DNA from: Rickettsiales bacterium
GTDB lineage: Bacteria > Pseudomonadota > Alphaproteobacteria > Rickettsiales > JABSSG01
Direction of reading: 5' to 3'
DNA length: 64,000 nucleotides
Assembly (NCBI GenBank): GCA_013214525.1
Contig: JABSSG010000001.1
Span: 18,514-82,513, forward strand
A program made the translations under genes and the position numbers. Position 1 is the stretch's first letter. The number at the start of each line of letters is the position of its first letter. Under the pieces are notes generated by a model that worked only from the letters and a program-made list of their open reading frames with translations, ran no database searches and was not told the origin of the DNA. Of this stretch, positions 48,108-56,700 are shown piece after piece.

Positions 48108-48124
48108 TAGTTTTTATGATGAAA

Positions 48125-48290
48125 TATACCCATCGGACTTAAAAAGTCCGAGAGTTTAAGAAAGAAAATAAAGTCAATATCAAAATGAAAATTCAAGAAT
48201 ATTAGCTATATTCAAGACATTTTCATGCGAAAATAGTGGCTTTATTTTCAGACTTAAAAACCGGAATCTTCAAGTCTGATGGGCATTATA
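48125..48290. repeat. Family A element (full copy, same subfamily as 23181..23366 but without the nested hairpin)
   Basis: TATACCCATCGGACTTAAAAAGTCCGAGAGTTTAAG ... CTTAAAAACCGGAATCTTCAAGTCTGATGGGCAT. Confidence 0.8.
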
Positions 48291-48380
48291 ATCGCTGTGC
48301 TTGAAAAGCCCTAGATTTTAAGAAAAAACTGCTAATTTGTAGCAAAATATAATTCTTTTTCAATCCATTATTGGAGTTAT
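48291..48380. repeat. Chimeric repeat: family A left arm fused to family C right half
   Basis: CGCTGTGCTTGAAAAGCCCTAGATTTTAAG followed by CTGCTAATTTGTAGCAAAATATAATTCTTTTTCAATCCATTATTGGAGTT. Confidence 0.6.
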
Positions 48381-48381
48381 T

Positions 48382-48777
48382 ATGCATATAGATAAAGAAA
48401 AACGCATTTGGTTTTCTAAAGAAGAAATGAAGGTAATCACTGCAGTCTTACATGTATTATCTTATGAAATGTGGAAGTTCGAAAAATCAAAAGAATTCAG
48501 AAGCATTAAGATCAAATTTTCATGTTCTCTTGAAGATCTTAAATATGTTAAAGATTGGTTTGCCAGTCTTTACAGTGAATGTAAAGACAATACTTATATA
48601 TTTCTTTTCGAGAGTGCTTCCAAAAGACTTGAAGTTATACATATTGCTTTAGAAAAATGTTTTAAAAACTTCAAAGAATATGAGGTATCAGATTTAGGAC
48701 ATATAACTAAAAAAGAACTTAACAATGTTTTAAAAAGCTTCAAAAAACTTTCTTTGGAGCTAGAAAAAGTTGAATAA
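48382..48777 (+). CDS. Hypothetical protein (orphan, bracketed by repeats)
   Basis: 131-aa ORF with no family recognised. The GGAG 5 nt upstream of its ATG lies in the family C arm. Confidence 0.4.
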   Translation: MHIDKEKRIWFSKEEMKVITAVLHVLSYEMWKFEKSKEFRSIKIKFSCSLEDLKYVKDWFASLYSECKDNTYIFLFESASKRLEVIHIALEKCFKNFKEYEVSDLGHITKKELNNVLKSFKKLSLELEKVE

Positions 48778-48937
48778 TCCCAGTTATGGCTTAGAAAGAT
48801 TTTAGAGTTTTAGGATATTTTTGAGCTACAATTAACAATTTTTATTGATGAGAATAGCGAGGCTATTTCAAAAAAAATTGCTGATTTGTAGCAAAAATAG
48901 ACAAGAATATAATATCTTTTAATCCATAGTTGGGTTT
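48777..48937. repeat. Family C element (full copy)
   Basis: Termini AATCCCAGTTATGGCTTAGAAAG / TTTAATCCATAGTTGGGTTT. Confidence 0.8.
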
Positions 48938-48944
48938 GGTAGGG

Positions 48945-49817
48945 CTATAAACCCTCACCAACTTGATATCTTGCAAAATCTTTTAATTCTACTTTCCCAC
49001 CATGTTCTTTTTCAAAGTCCTTTATAACATCAATAATTTTAGTCTTAGGATCTATAATAAAACCTTGTTGAAGCAATACAACTTCTTGATAGTATTTTTG
49101 CATTTTTCCTGCAACCATTTTATCTATTACATTATCTGGCTTACCAGTAACCTTTGCTTGCTCTCTGAAAATTTCTTCCTCTCTGCGTAAAAGCTCTTCA
49201 TCTATATCTTCAGTTACAAGGAATTCAGGTTTAGCTGCAGCAACATGCATAGCAAGTTGTTTAGCAAATGGTTGTAAAACTGACTGTGCAAGATCAGATT
49301 CAAGCACAACCAATACAGCTATCTTACCACCATTATCCATTAAAGAATTATGAATATATCCCCCTATAACTCCTCTATGAACATGAAATCTTTCTATTCT
49401 ACGTAAAGTTATATTTTCACCCATAACTGAAATAGCAGATAAGATTTCCTCTTCAACTGTTTTATTGCCATCTAAATAATGTGCTTTTTTCAATTCTTCT
49501 ACTGAATTAAACTTCAAAGCCATTTTCCTAATACCATCCACCAAAGAATGAAACTTTTCATTACGTGCTACAAAATCTGTCTCACTATTAACCTCTATAA
49601 TAGCCGCATTAAAATCATCAATTAAAATTGCAGCAATACCTTCAGCAGCCATTCTACCAGTTTTCCCAGATGCAGAAGCCTGACCTTTTTTTCTAAGATA
49701 AGCAATAGCTTCATTAAAATCTCCCTCTGTTTCTACAAGTGCTTTTTTACAATCCATCATGCCAGCACCTGTTTTATCTCTAAGTTGTTTTATTAATTTT
49801 GCATCAATATGTTTCAT
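48945..49817 (-). CDS. tsf: Elongation factor Ts
   Basis: LRDKTGAGMMDCKKAL UBA-like N-terminus, 290 aa, downstream of rpsB. Confidence 0.95.
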   Translation of the reverse strand: MKHIDAKLIKQLRDKTGAGMMDCKKALVETEGDFNEAIAYLRKKGQASASGKTGRMAAEGIAAILIDDFNAAIIEVNSETDFVARNEKFHSLVDGIRKMALKFNSVEELKKAHYLDGNKTVEEEILSAISVMGENITLRRIERFHVHRGVIGGYIHNSLMDNGGKIAVLVVLESDLAQSVLQPFAKQLAMHVAAAKPEFLVTEDIDEELLRREEEIFREQAKVTGKPDNVIDKMVAGKMQKYYQEVVLLQQGFIIDPKTKIIDVIKDFEKEHGGKVELKDFARYQVGEGL

Positions 49818-49835
49818 AACAATACCTTTTTAAAA

Positions 49836-50900
49836 TTATTTTAACTCTGCTTTCTTTTGCTGCTTATCTGCAGTGACCTTATCATCAGATATAGTTTCAG
49901 CTTTTTTCTTATTAGAGATCAACTTCTTATCTTCTGCTGCTTTAACTTCTTCCGTTACTTTCTTAGCACTCTCTTCCTTGTCAACTACATCTTTTTTAGC
50001 ATCTTTTGCTTTCTCCAGTTTCTGTGATGTTTTAACCTCTCCAACAGAATTAGAGCTTTTTGACTTAGCTTTTGTCCCTTTTTCTTTGCTTGTATCCTTT
50101 GTTTTATCCTTTGCAGGAGTAGATTTATTCAAAGCATGTTGTACAACTTCCTCTTCTTTTATCTTCTCTAAAGAAATACCAGAACTTTCTAGATACTTAC
50201 CCAAAGCATATAAAACAACATCAGAAAATAAATTACAATAAAATTTAATTGCTTTTCTAGAATCATCATTGCCTGGAATCATATAATCAATGCCATCTGG
50301 ATCTGAGTTAGTATCAACAATAGCAATTATTGGAATACCAAGTTTTTGAGCTTCTTTAATAGCAATATGTTCCTTATTGGTATCAATTACAAAAAGCAAA
50401 TCTGGTTTGCCTCTCATCTTTCTAATTCCACCTAATACTTTTTCTAATTTATCTCTTTTACGAGTGAAATCTAAAATTTCTTTTTTACTATATCTAACAT
50501 CATCTGTATCTTCTGTAGATTTAATTTTCTTTTCAAGATCCTCAAGAGTAGTAATTGACTTAGATATAGTAGACCAATTAGTTAACATTCCTCCAAGCCA
50601 TCTATGATTTACATAAAATTGCCCACATCTTGTCGCAAATTCTTTTATATACTCAGATGCTTGCCTTTTGGTTCCTACAAACAATATTTGTGCATTCTGC
50701 TTATTTTGAATTAAAGAATCTATAATTTTTAATGATTTAAATAAAGGTGGAACTGTCTTTTGTAAGTTTATAACGTGAAGACCATTTCTAGAGTCATAAA
50801 TAAATGGAGCCATTTTAGGATTCCACATTTTAGTTTTATGACCAAAATGTACACCACTCTCCAGCATTTCTTCCATTGTGAATTTAGGAAAATCAACCAT
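49836..50900 (-). CDS. rpsB: 30S ribosomal protein S2 with Lys-rich C-terminal extension of about 100 aa
   Basis: Conserved S2 core ([21 protein letters not shown]...A..EA.KLGIP), then a low-complexity K/E/A/S tail. Confidence 0.95.
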   Translation of the reverse strand: MVDFPKFTMEEMLESGVHFGHKTKMWNPKMAPFIYDSRNGLHVINLQKTVPPLFKSLKIIDSLIQNKQNAQILFVGTKRQASEYIKEFATRCGQFYVNHRWLGGMLTNWSTISKSITTLEDLEKKIKSTEDTDDVRYSKKEILDFTRKRDKLEKVLGGIRKMRGKPDLLFVIDTNKEHIAIKEAQKLGIPIIAIVDTNSDPDGIDYMIPGNDDSRKAIKFYCNLFSDVVLYALGKYLESSGISLEKIKEEEVVQHALNKSTPAKDKTKDTSKEKGTKAKSKSSNSVGEVKTSQKLEKAKDAKKDVVDKEESAKKVTEEVKAAEDKKLISNKKKAETISDDKVTADKQQKKAELK

Positions 50901-51072
50901 ATATTATTACCTATTTTAGTTAAACCTCCACAAGCTTAACTCTATTTTAAGAGCACCAAAACAAACGCTTGTGTGTGAAATACGAACCTTTAAAAGTAAA
51001 TACTTTTTCTAAGTAATCGATTCATTACAACATAACTTATACAAAAACTTATAAATATGCAAGCACGATTCG

Positions 51073-51167
51073 TATATACGAATCATACTTGAAGAATCCT
51101 AGTTTTAAAGAAAGAAAGTTTTATTTTCAAACTTAAAAACCGGAGGCTTCAGGCATGATTGTATATA
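51073..51167. repeat. Family A shortened copy (arms without core), ending on the base before the stop of the DUF1013 gene
   Basis: TATATACGAATCATACTTGAAGAATCCTAGTTTTAAAG ... CTTAAAAACCGGAGGCTTCAGGCATGATTGTATATA. Confidence 0.75.
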
Positions 51168-51719
51168 CTATATATCATCTTCTCTTTTAGCTACTACTTC
51201 TTCCAGCTGCTTAACAACTTTATCTAAATCCACCTGAGAGCATAATCCCAACAATACAGGATCCCTTGGTTTAATCTTTGCGATATTCCAATGTGTTCTG
51301 CTCCTAATTGCTAATATTGTTTTTTTTGTTGTTCCTAATAATTTGATAATCTTAGAATCCTCTATATCAGGATATTTTCTTATAAGCCATAAAACTCCAT
51401 CAGGCTTATCCTGTCTTCTAGCAACAGGAATATATTTAGGCTCTTTCCTAGTCTTTTTCATACCCCTTAAAGCATTAGACATTTCTACCAACTTTAGCTT
51501 TGCATTCGGATCTTGTTCACATCTTTTAATTTCTTCCCTAGTAAGCTGACCGCTAATTATAGGATCGTCCCCAACAATTCCACTAGCAACATCACCATCC
51601 GCAATACCTTGTATTTCAAGAGGATGAAGTCCACAAAAATCAGCAATTTGATCAAAGGTCAGACTAGTATTGCTAACTAACCATACAGCAGTAGCTTTGG
51701 GCATTAATGGTAAATTCAT
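51168..51719 (-). CDS. DUF1013-family protein (conserved alphaproteobacterial)
   Basis: The N-terminus MPKATAVWLVSNTSLTFDQIADFCGLHPLEIQGIADG matches my recollection of the DUF1013 family. Confidence 0.65.
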   Translation of the reverse strand: MNLPLMPKATAVWLVSNTSLTFDQIADFCGLHPLEIQGIADGDVASGIVGDDPIISGQLTREEIKRCEQDPNAKLKLVEMSNALRGMKKTRKEPKYIPVARRQDKPDGVLWLIRKYPDIEDSKIIKLLGTTKKTILAIRSRTHWNIAKIKPRDPVLLGLCSQVDLDKVVKQLEEVVAKREDDI

Positions 51720-51788
51720 TGCTATAAATAATTCATTGGATCTTAAAATATATTATATTCCCAAAATTATTCAATAATTTTATATATA

Positions 51789-51833
51789 TATACTACTCAT
51801 ACCTGAAGAATCCTAGTTTTAAAGACAGAAAAT
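51789..51833. repeat. Family A left arm only
   Basis: TATACTACTCATACCTGAAGAATCCTAGTTTTAAAGACAGAAAAT. Confidence 0.65.
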
Positions 51834-51923
51834 ATAGAATTTAGAAATATCTAAAATAAATAAGCGCATTAATCATTTGTTTATCTTTTTATAGCAAAAT
51901 ATTATATGTAATCAAAGAGAACT

Positions 51924-53711
51924 ATGCATAATAATTATATCACAAGAAAGCTTTCAGTTAACCTGACCTTAAGCTTTCTATTACTCAGCAATATTTTCTT
52001 TACTAAAATAACTATAGCGGTAGAAAATGCAAATGACGTTCAAAATGCTACTGCAGCACATCACAGCCAGAGAAAAACATTTATTGATAAACAAATAACC
52101 TCTGAATTTCACCGTTATAAACAAGCCAAGAAAAAAGCTACAACAAAATATTTAAAGAAGAAAATGTCTGACACTTCCTGGCAACAACATAAAAAAATTA
52201 TGAAAATTTTTGTTACAGGAAATAAAAACATAAAAACAGCTAATATCAAAGCTATTATAAAACCTTATCTACGCAAAGGAGTAACTGAAAAGGAAACAAA
52301 ACTTATTTCAGATGATATTGAAAATTATTATCGCAAACAAGGATATTTCCTACCAGTTGCACATGTTGAAATCATTGACTCAACTCTTAAAATAACAATC
52401 ATAGAAGGTAAGATAAACACCGTTGTAATTGGTTTTGCTGACCCTAAAAGAGATAAAAAAGTTTTAAAAAATAAACGATTTTTAGATTTAATACAAAAAA
52501 TTGAAATAGCATCCCCACTTAAAACAAAATACTTAGAAAAAAACTTATTATTAATAAACAAAATTCATGGCTACACTGTTAATTATGAATTAAGACCAGT
52601 AGAACAACTAGAAGGTAATAATGTTGCAGACCTAATTATAGAAATCTCAACTAAAAAAGGGACGGCTAGCATTTCAGCAAATAACCATGGCACTTCCGAC
52701 TTAGGAAAACATCAACTCACTGTTTCTGCACAAGCATTTAATGTCACCTCTAATGATTCCTTACTCCTCACAGCTGGAACTTCAGATAAACCAAAAAAAT
52801 TTCAACTAATAACAGGAGGGTATCTAAAACGACTAAATTCTTACGGCACTTCAGCAAGTATATTTCTTTCACATTTGAAAGATGATCCTCAAACTACTTC
52901 TGACTCAAAAGATAACATAAGCAATATTATAAAAGGTCGTTTAGATCAATATGTAGTTTTAAATAATGCCCATCAACTTAAATTAGAGCTAAGTGCTGAA
53001 CAACGTGATGTAGAACATTACTCTGGTAGCGTTAAAACCAGTGAATATAAATATGCAATGGGATCATTTGGTGGAAAAATTAAATTAACTGATCCGCTAG
53101 AAGTAGAAAACTGGTTTTTCCCATATTTTCACCAAGTTTTAAATAAAGTCTCCTATGAAAAAGATAGTACAGAAAAAAGAAACTTCGATAGAGATTTTAA
53201 TTATTTTACTATTGACTATAACAGAACTCAACCTCTACCAAAAGACTTTGCTTTATTCGTACAAGCCTCATATCAATATACAAATAAATTACTTCCTAGC
53301 GAACATCGCTATTCAATCAATTCATCTAATACTGCAAGAGGATATATAGCTGGGCTTGTATCAGCAGACCAAGGAATCTCAGGAAAACTAGAGTTAAGAT
53401 ATACTAGAAAGATTAGCAAAAATAAAATCAAAAAATTCCTTGAAGATGCACAAATCTTCGCTTTCTATGATGTCACCCATTTTATTAAGCACAACAAAAC
53501 AATAGATAGAAAAGAACATCAAGATGCAATGTATTTCAATAAATCCACTCTTTCAGGTGTTGGTGTAGGTTTTCGATTATTTTTTCAAAATGAATTTTTT
53601 GCCGAAGGAACTGCAGAATTTCCAACTGTTAAAAATATTATGATAAATGGATCAAAAGAAAAGAATAATCCTCTCTATAGATTCTCAATAACTAAGGAAT
53701 TTAATTGGTAA
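51924..53711 (+). CDS. ShlB/FhaC/HecB-family (TpsB-type, Omp85 superfamily) outer-membrane transporter, copy 2
   Basis: 595 aa, collinear with the 597-aa copy; well over half of residues identical by eye. POTRA_2-like IFVTGNKNIKTANIKAIIKPYL...YYRKQGYFLPVAHVEI...IIEGKINTVVIG, an ARGY L6-type motif, and a terminal ...KEFNW. Confidence 0.75.
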   Translation: MHNNYITRKLSVNLTLSFLLLSNIFFTKITIAVENANDVQNATAAHHSQRKTFIDKQITSEFHRYKQAKKKATTKYLKKKMSDTSWQQHKKIMKIFVTGNKNIKTANIKAIIKPYLRKGVTEKETKLISDDIENYYRKQGYFLPVAHVEIIDSTLKITIIEGKINTVVIGFADPKRDKKVLKNKRFLDLIQKIEIASPLKTKYLEKNLLLINKIHGYTVNYELRPVEQLEGNNVADLIIEISTKKGTASISANNHGTSDLGKHQLTVSAQAFNVTSNDSLLLTAGTSDKPKKFQLITGGYLKRLNSYGTSASIFLSHLKDDPQTTSDSKDNISNIIKGRLDQYVVLNNAHQLKLELSAEQRDVEHYSGSVKTSEYKYAMGSFGGKIKLTDPLEVENWFFPYFHQVLNKVSYEKDSTEKRNFDRDFNYFTIDYNRTQPLPKDFALFVQASYQYTNKLLPSEHRYSINSSNTARGYIAGLVSADQGISGKLELRYTRKISKNKIKKFLEDAQIFAFYDVTHFIKHNKTIDRKEHQDAMYFNKSTLSGVGVGFRLFFQNEFFAEGTAEFPTVKNIMINGSKEKNNPLYRFSITKEFNW

Positions 53712-53717
53712 ATTTTT

Positions 53718-56700
53718 ATGTATCAATTTTTAAAAAATAAACATCCTAAAACTACCTCACGACATATTCTGCATATTCTTTTAATGTTAATTTTAGTAGC
53801 TTTACTAACTATATATAATACATCTTATACTGAAACCTCAGACGATAGTGAAACCGAAGCAGAAGAGATAGAAACCGAAGAAGCTACTGATAATATAGAG
53901 GAAAACATCAATGGTACTATAGAAGCTGCAAAAGAACACTTCTTAGACCCAAATGCCAAAGTTAAAGTAGACCTAACAAAGCACGAAATTAAACTTTATA
54001 CCTCACATGACAAAAATACAAATACATATTATACCTATGCAACAGTAGTAGATGAAAATGGCAATGTTATGGACCACATAAATTTCACACAAAATAAGAA
54101 AGGAGATGTAACTAAATCTTCTGTTGGAGTAAAACCAAAAAATAGTTGGTGGAAAAACCATATATCTATAACGAAGTCCAGCCCTATTGCAGATGCCAAA
54201 ACAACCTATATCACAGGAGTGCTACCACGAGATAATCCCAACGCACGTTTTATAATGCATAGCTCTGAAGAAAAACATATAGATGCTGTAAAAAAGAATA
54301 AATCTGAAAACCTACTTAAAAATATACTTGCTAAAGATGTAAACTCTGTGAAAGCTATCGTTACAACCAACTTAAACGAAGATGAAGATAAAATTGATGT
54401 GCATTACATCCATAATCAAAAAGATGGATCACAACATAGCACACATTCATCCCAATCTGGAGAAGCAATTTCTAAACCAAGTTATTTCGATGAGTTATTT
54501 GAAAATTATGCTAAAGGAAAAACAGCTACTGTATCAAAGCTAGTAACATCTGAGAATGAGATCTGGAATACATATTTAGATTTAGAAAATACTAGTGCTT
54601 CTGATACCACACATGTAAAAAAATTATACATAAAGGCAGGAGGAACAGAAACAGACCTAACCCAAAAAGCTCTTAAAGAATTCAAGAAAACTTCAAGTAA
54701 AATCGATGCAAATCAAGCAGCAACATTAGGACTAACTGCAACTAACATTATTAATGATACAAATTTTGATCAAACCAAAGTACAAAATTTATACAATGCT
54801 CAACCTAAACCAAAAACTGGTACTAAACCTTCTTTTGATGAATTTCTAATCTCTTCATATAAAGATAATACAATCACTACCCCTGCAAGAGCAGTTGCTC
54901 TAGGACTAACTGCAACTAACATTGTTAATGATGCAAATTTTAATCAAACCAAAGTAAACGATCTATATGATGCCGAAACTTATACAGGATCTGGTAAAAA
55001 ACCAACTTTTAACAAATTTGTAGCTAGTAAATATAAAGATTACACAGTTAATGCTACAAGAGCAGTTGCTCTAGGATTAACTGCAATTAACATTGTTAAT
55101 GATGCAAATTTTAATCAAATTAAAGTACAAAATTTATATAATGCTCAACCTAAACCAAAAACTGGTATTAAACCTTCTTTTGATGAATTTCTAATCTCTT
55201 CATATAAAGATGATAAAATCACTACTGCCGCAAGAGCTACTGATCTAGGATTAACTGTGGATGACACCCTCAACTCAACTCTTAGCAAAGGTAAAGTAGA
55301 AGATTTATATATAAGTGAACAAAAATTTACATTTCTCAAAAGTGAGGAAACTACACAAACATTTGAAGCTTTTGTAACTGACTCTTTTGAAAATAACAAT
55401 ATCAAAACCACAGAAAGGGCTGCTGATCTAGGACTAACTTCAGCTAACACTGTCGGGACAACTCTTACTAAAGACAAAGTAAAGGATCTACATACTTTTG
55501 AACAAAAAGGTAAAAAAACTAAACAAACTTTCAATGCATTTCTAATCTCTTCATATAAAGATAATACAATCACTACCCCTGCAAGAGCAGTTGCTCTAGG
55601 ACTAACTGCAACTAACATTATTAATGATGCAAATTTTGATCAAACCAAAGTACAAAATTTATATAATGCTCAACCTAAACCAAAAAATGGTACTAAACCT
55701 TCTTTTGATGAATTTCTAATCTCTTCATACAAAGATGATAAAATCACTACTGCCACAAGAGCTGCTGATCTAGGATTAACTGCAGCTAACATTGTTAATG
55801 ATGCAAATTTTGATCAAGCTAAAGTACAAGGTTTATACAACGCTGAAATTGGACCTAAACTACCATTTATTCAGTTTGTAATTAACGCTTATGAAGGTGG
55901 CGAAATTACAAATGCTGCAAGAGCTACTGATCTAGGACTAACCGCAGAAAAGTCTCTTGTTGCATTCAGAGAAGATAACCTTAGTGCTACTAAAGCAAAA
56001 CAATTAGTTACTACTGATAAAATAATAACTGCTTTTCAAGATGGTAACCTTAATAAAGATAAGGCTGGAGAGCTACTTACAATTGAAGAGGTATTTAACG
56101 CATTCCTAGCAAAACAACTCAATGCACTACAAACTAAATATTTACACCTAGCAACCGGCGGTTCTCTATCCCAATTAACTCAAGAAGCACTGATCCAGTT
56201 TGCTGGCAACCGTATCACTCCAAAACAGGCTAAAAATTTAGGCGTTAACGAAGACCTAGCTATTGACCAATTCAAAGCTGGGAAACTTAATAAAGACAAA
56301 ACTAAATTATTAGTAACTCCTCAACAAGCATTTAAGGCATTTGAAAGTAACACAATAGATTCAAATCAAGCTCAAGCATTAGGCGTCACTTCTCAACAAG
56401 CTCTTGAGTCATATAACCAACTTGGAGGAATTAATCTAGCTCAAGCTAAAGCTTTAGGAGTGCAGAATAAAGATGTAATTGAATATTATAAAAATAAACT
56501 TACTAGCACAATAATAAAGGATTTCAATATAACAAACCAAGAATTACTTACTGCTGTTGGCAAAGAGATTATTGACACAGCTCAAGCTGTAAAACTAGGA
56601 ATAACATCACAACAGGCATTTAAGGCATTTGAAAGTAACACAATAGATTCAAATCAAGCTAAAGCTTTAGGAGTGCAGAATAAAGATGTAATTGAATATT

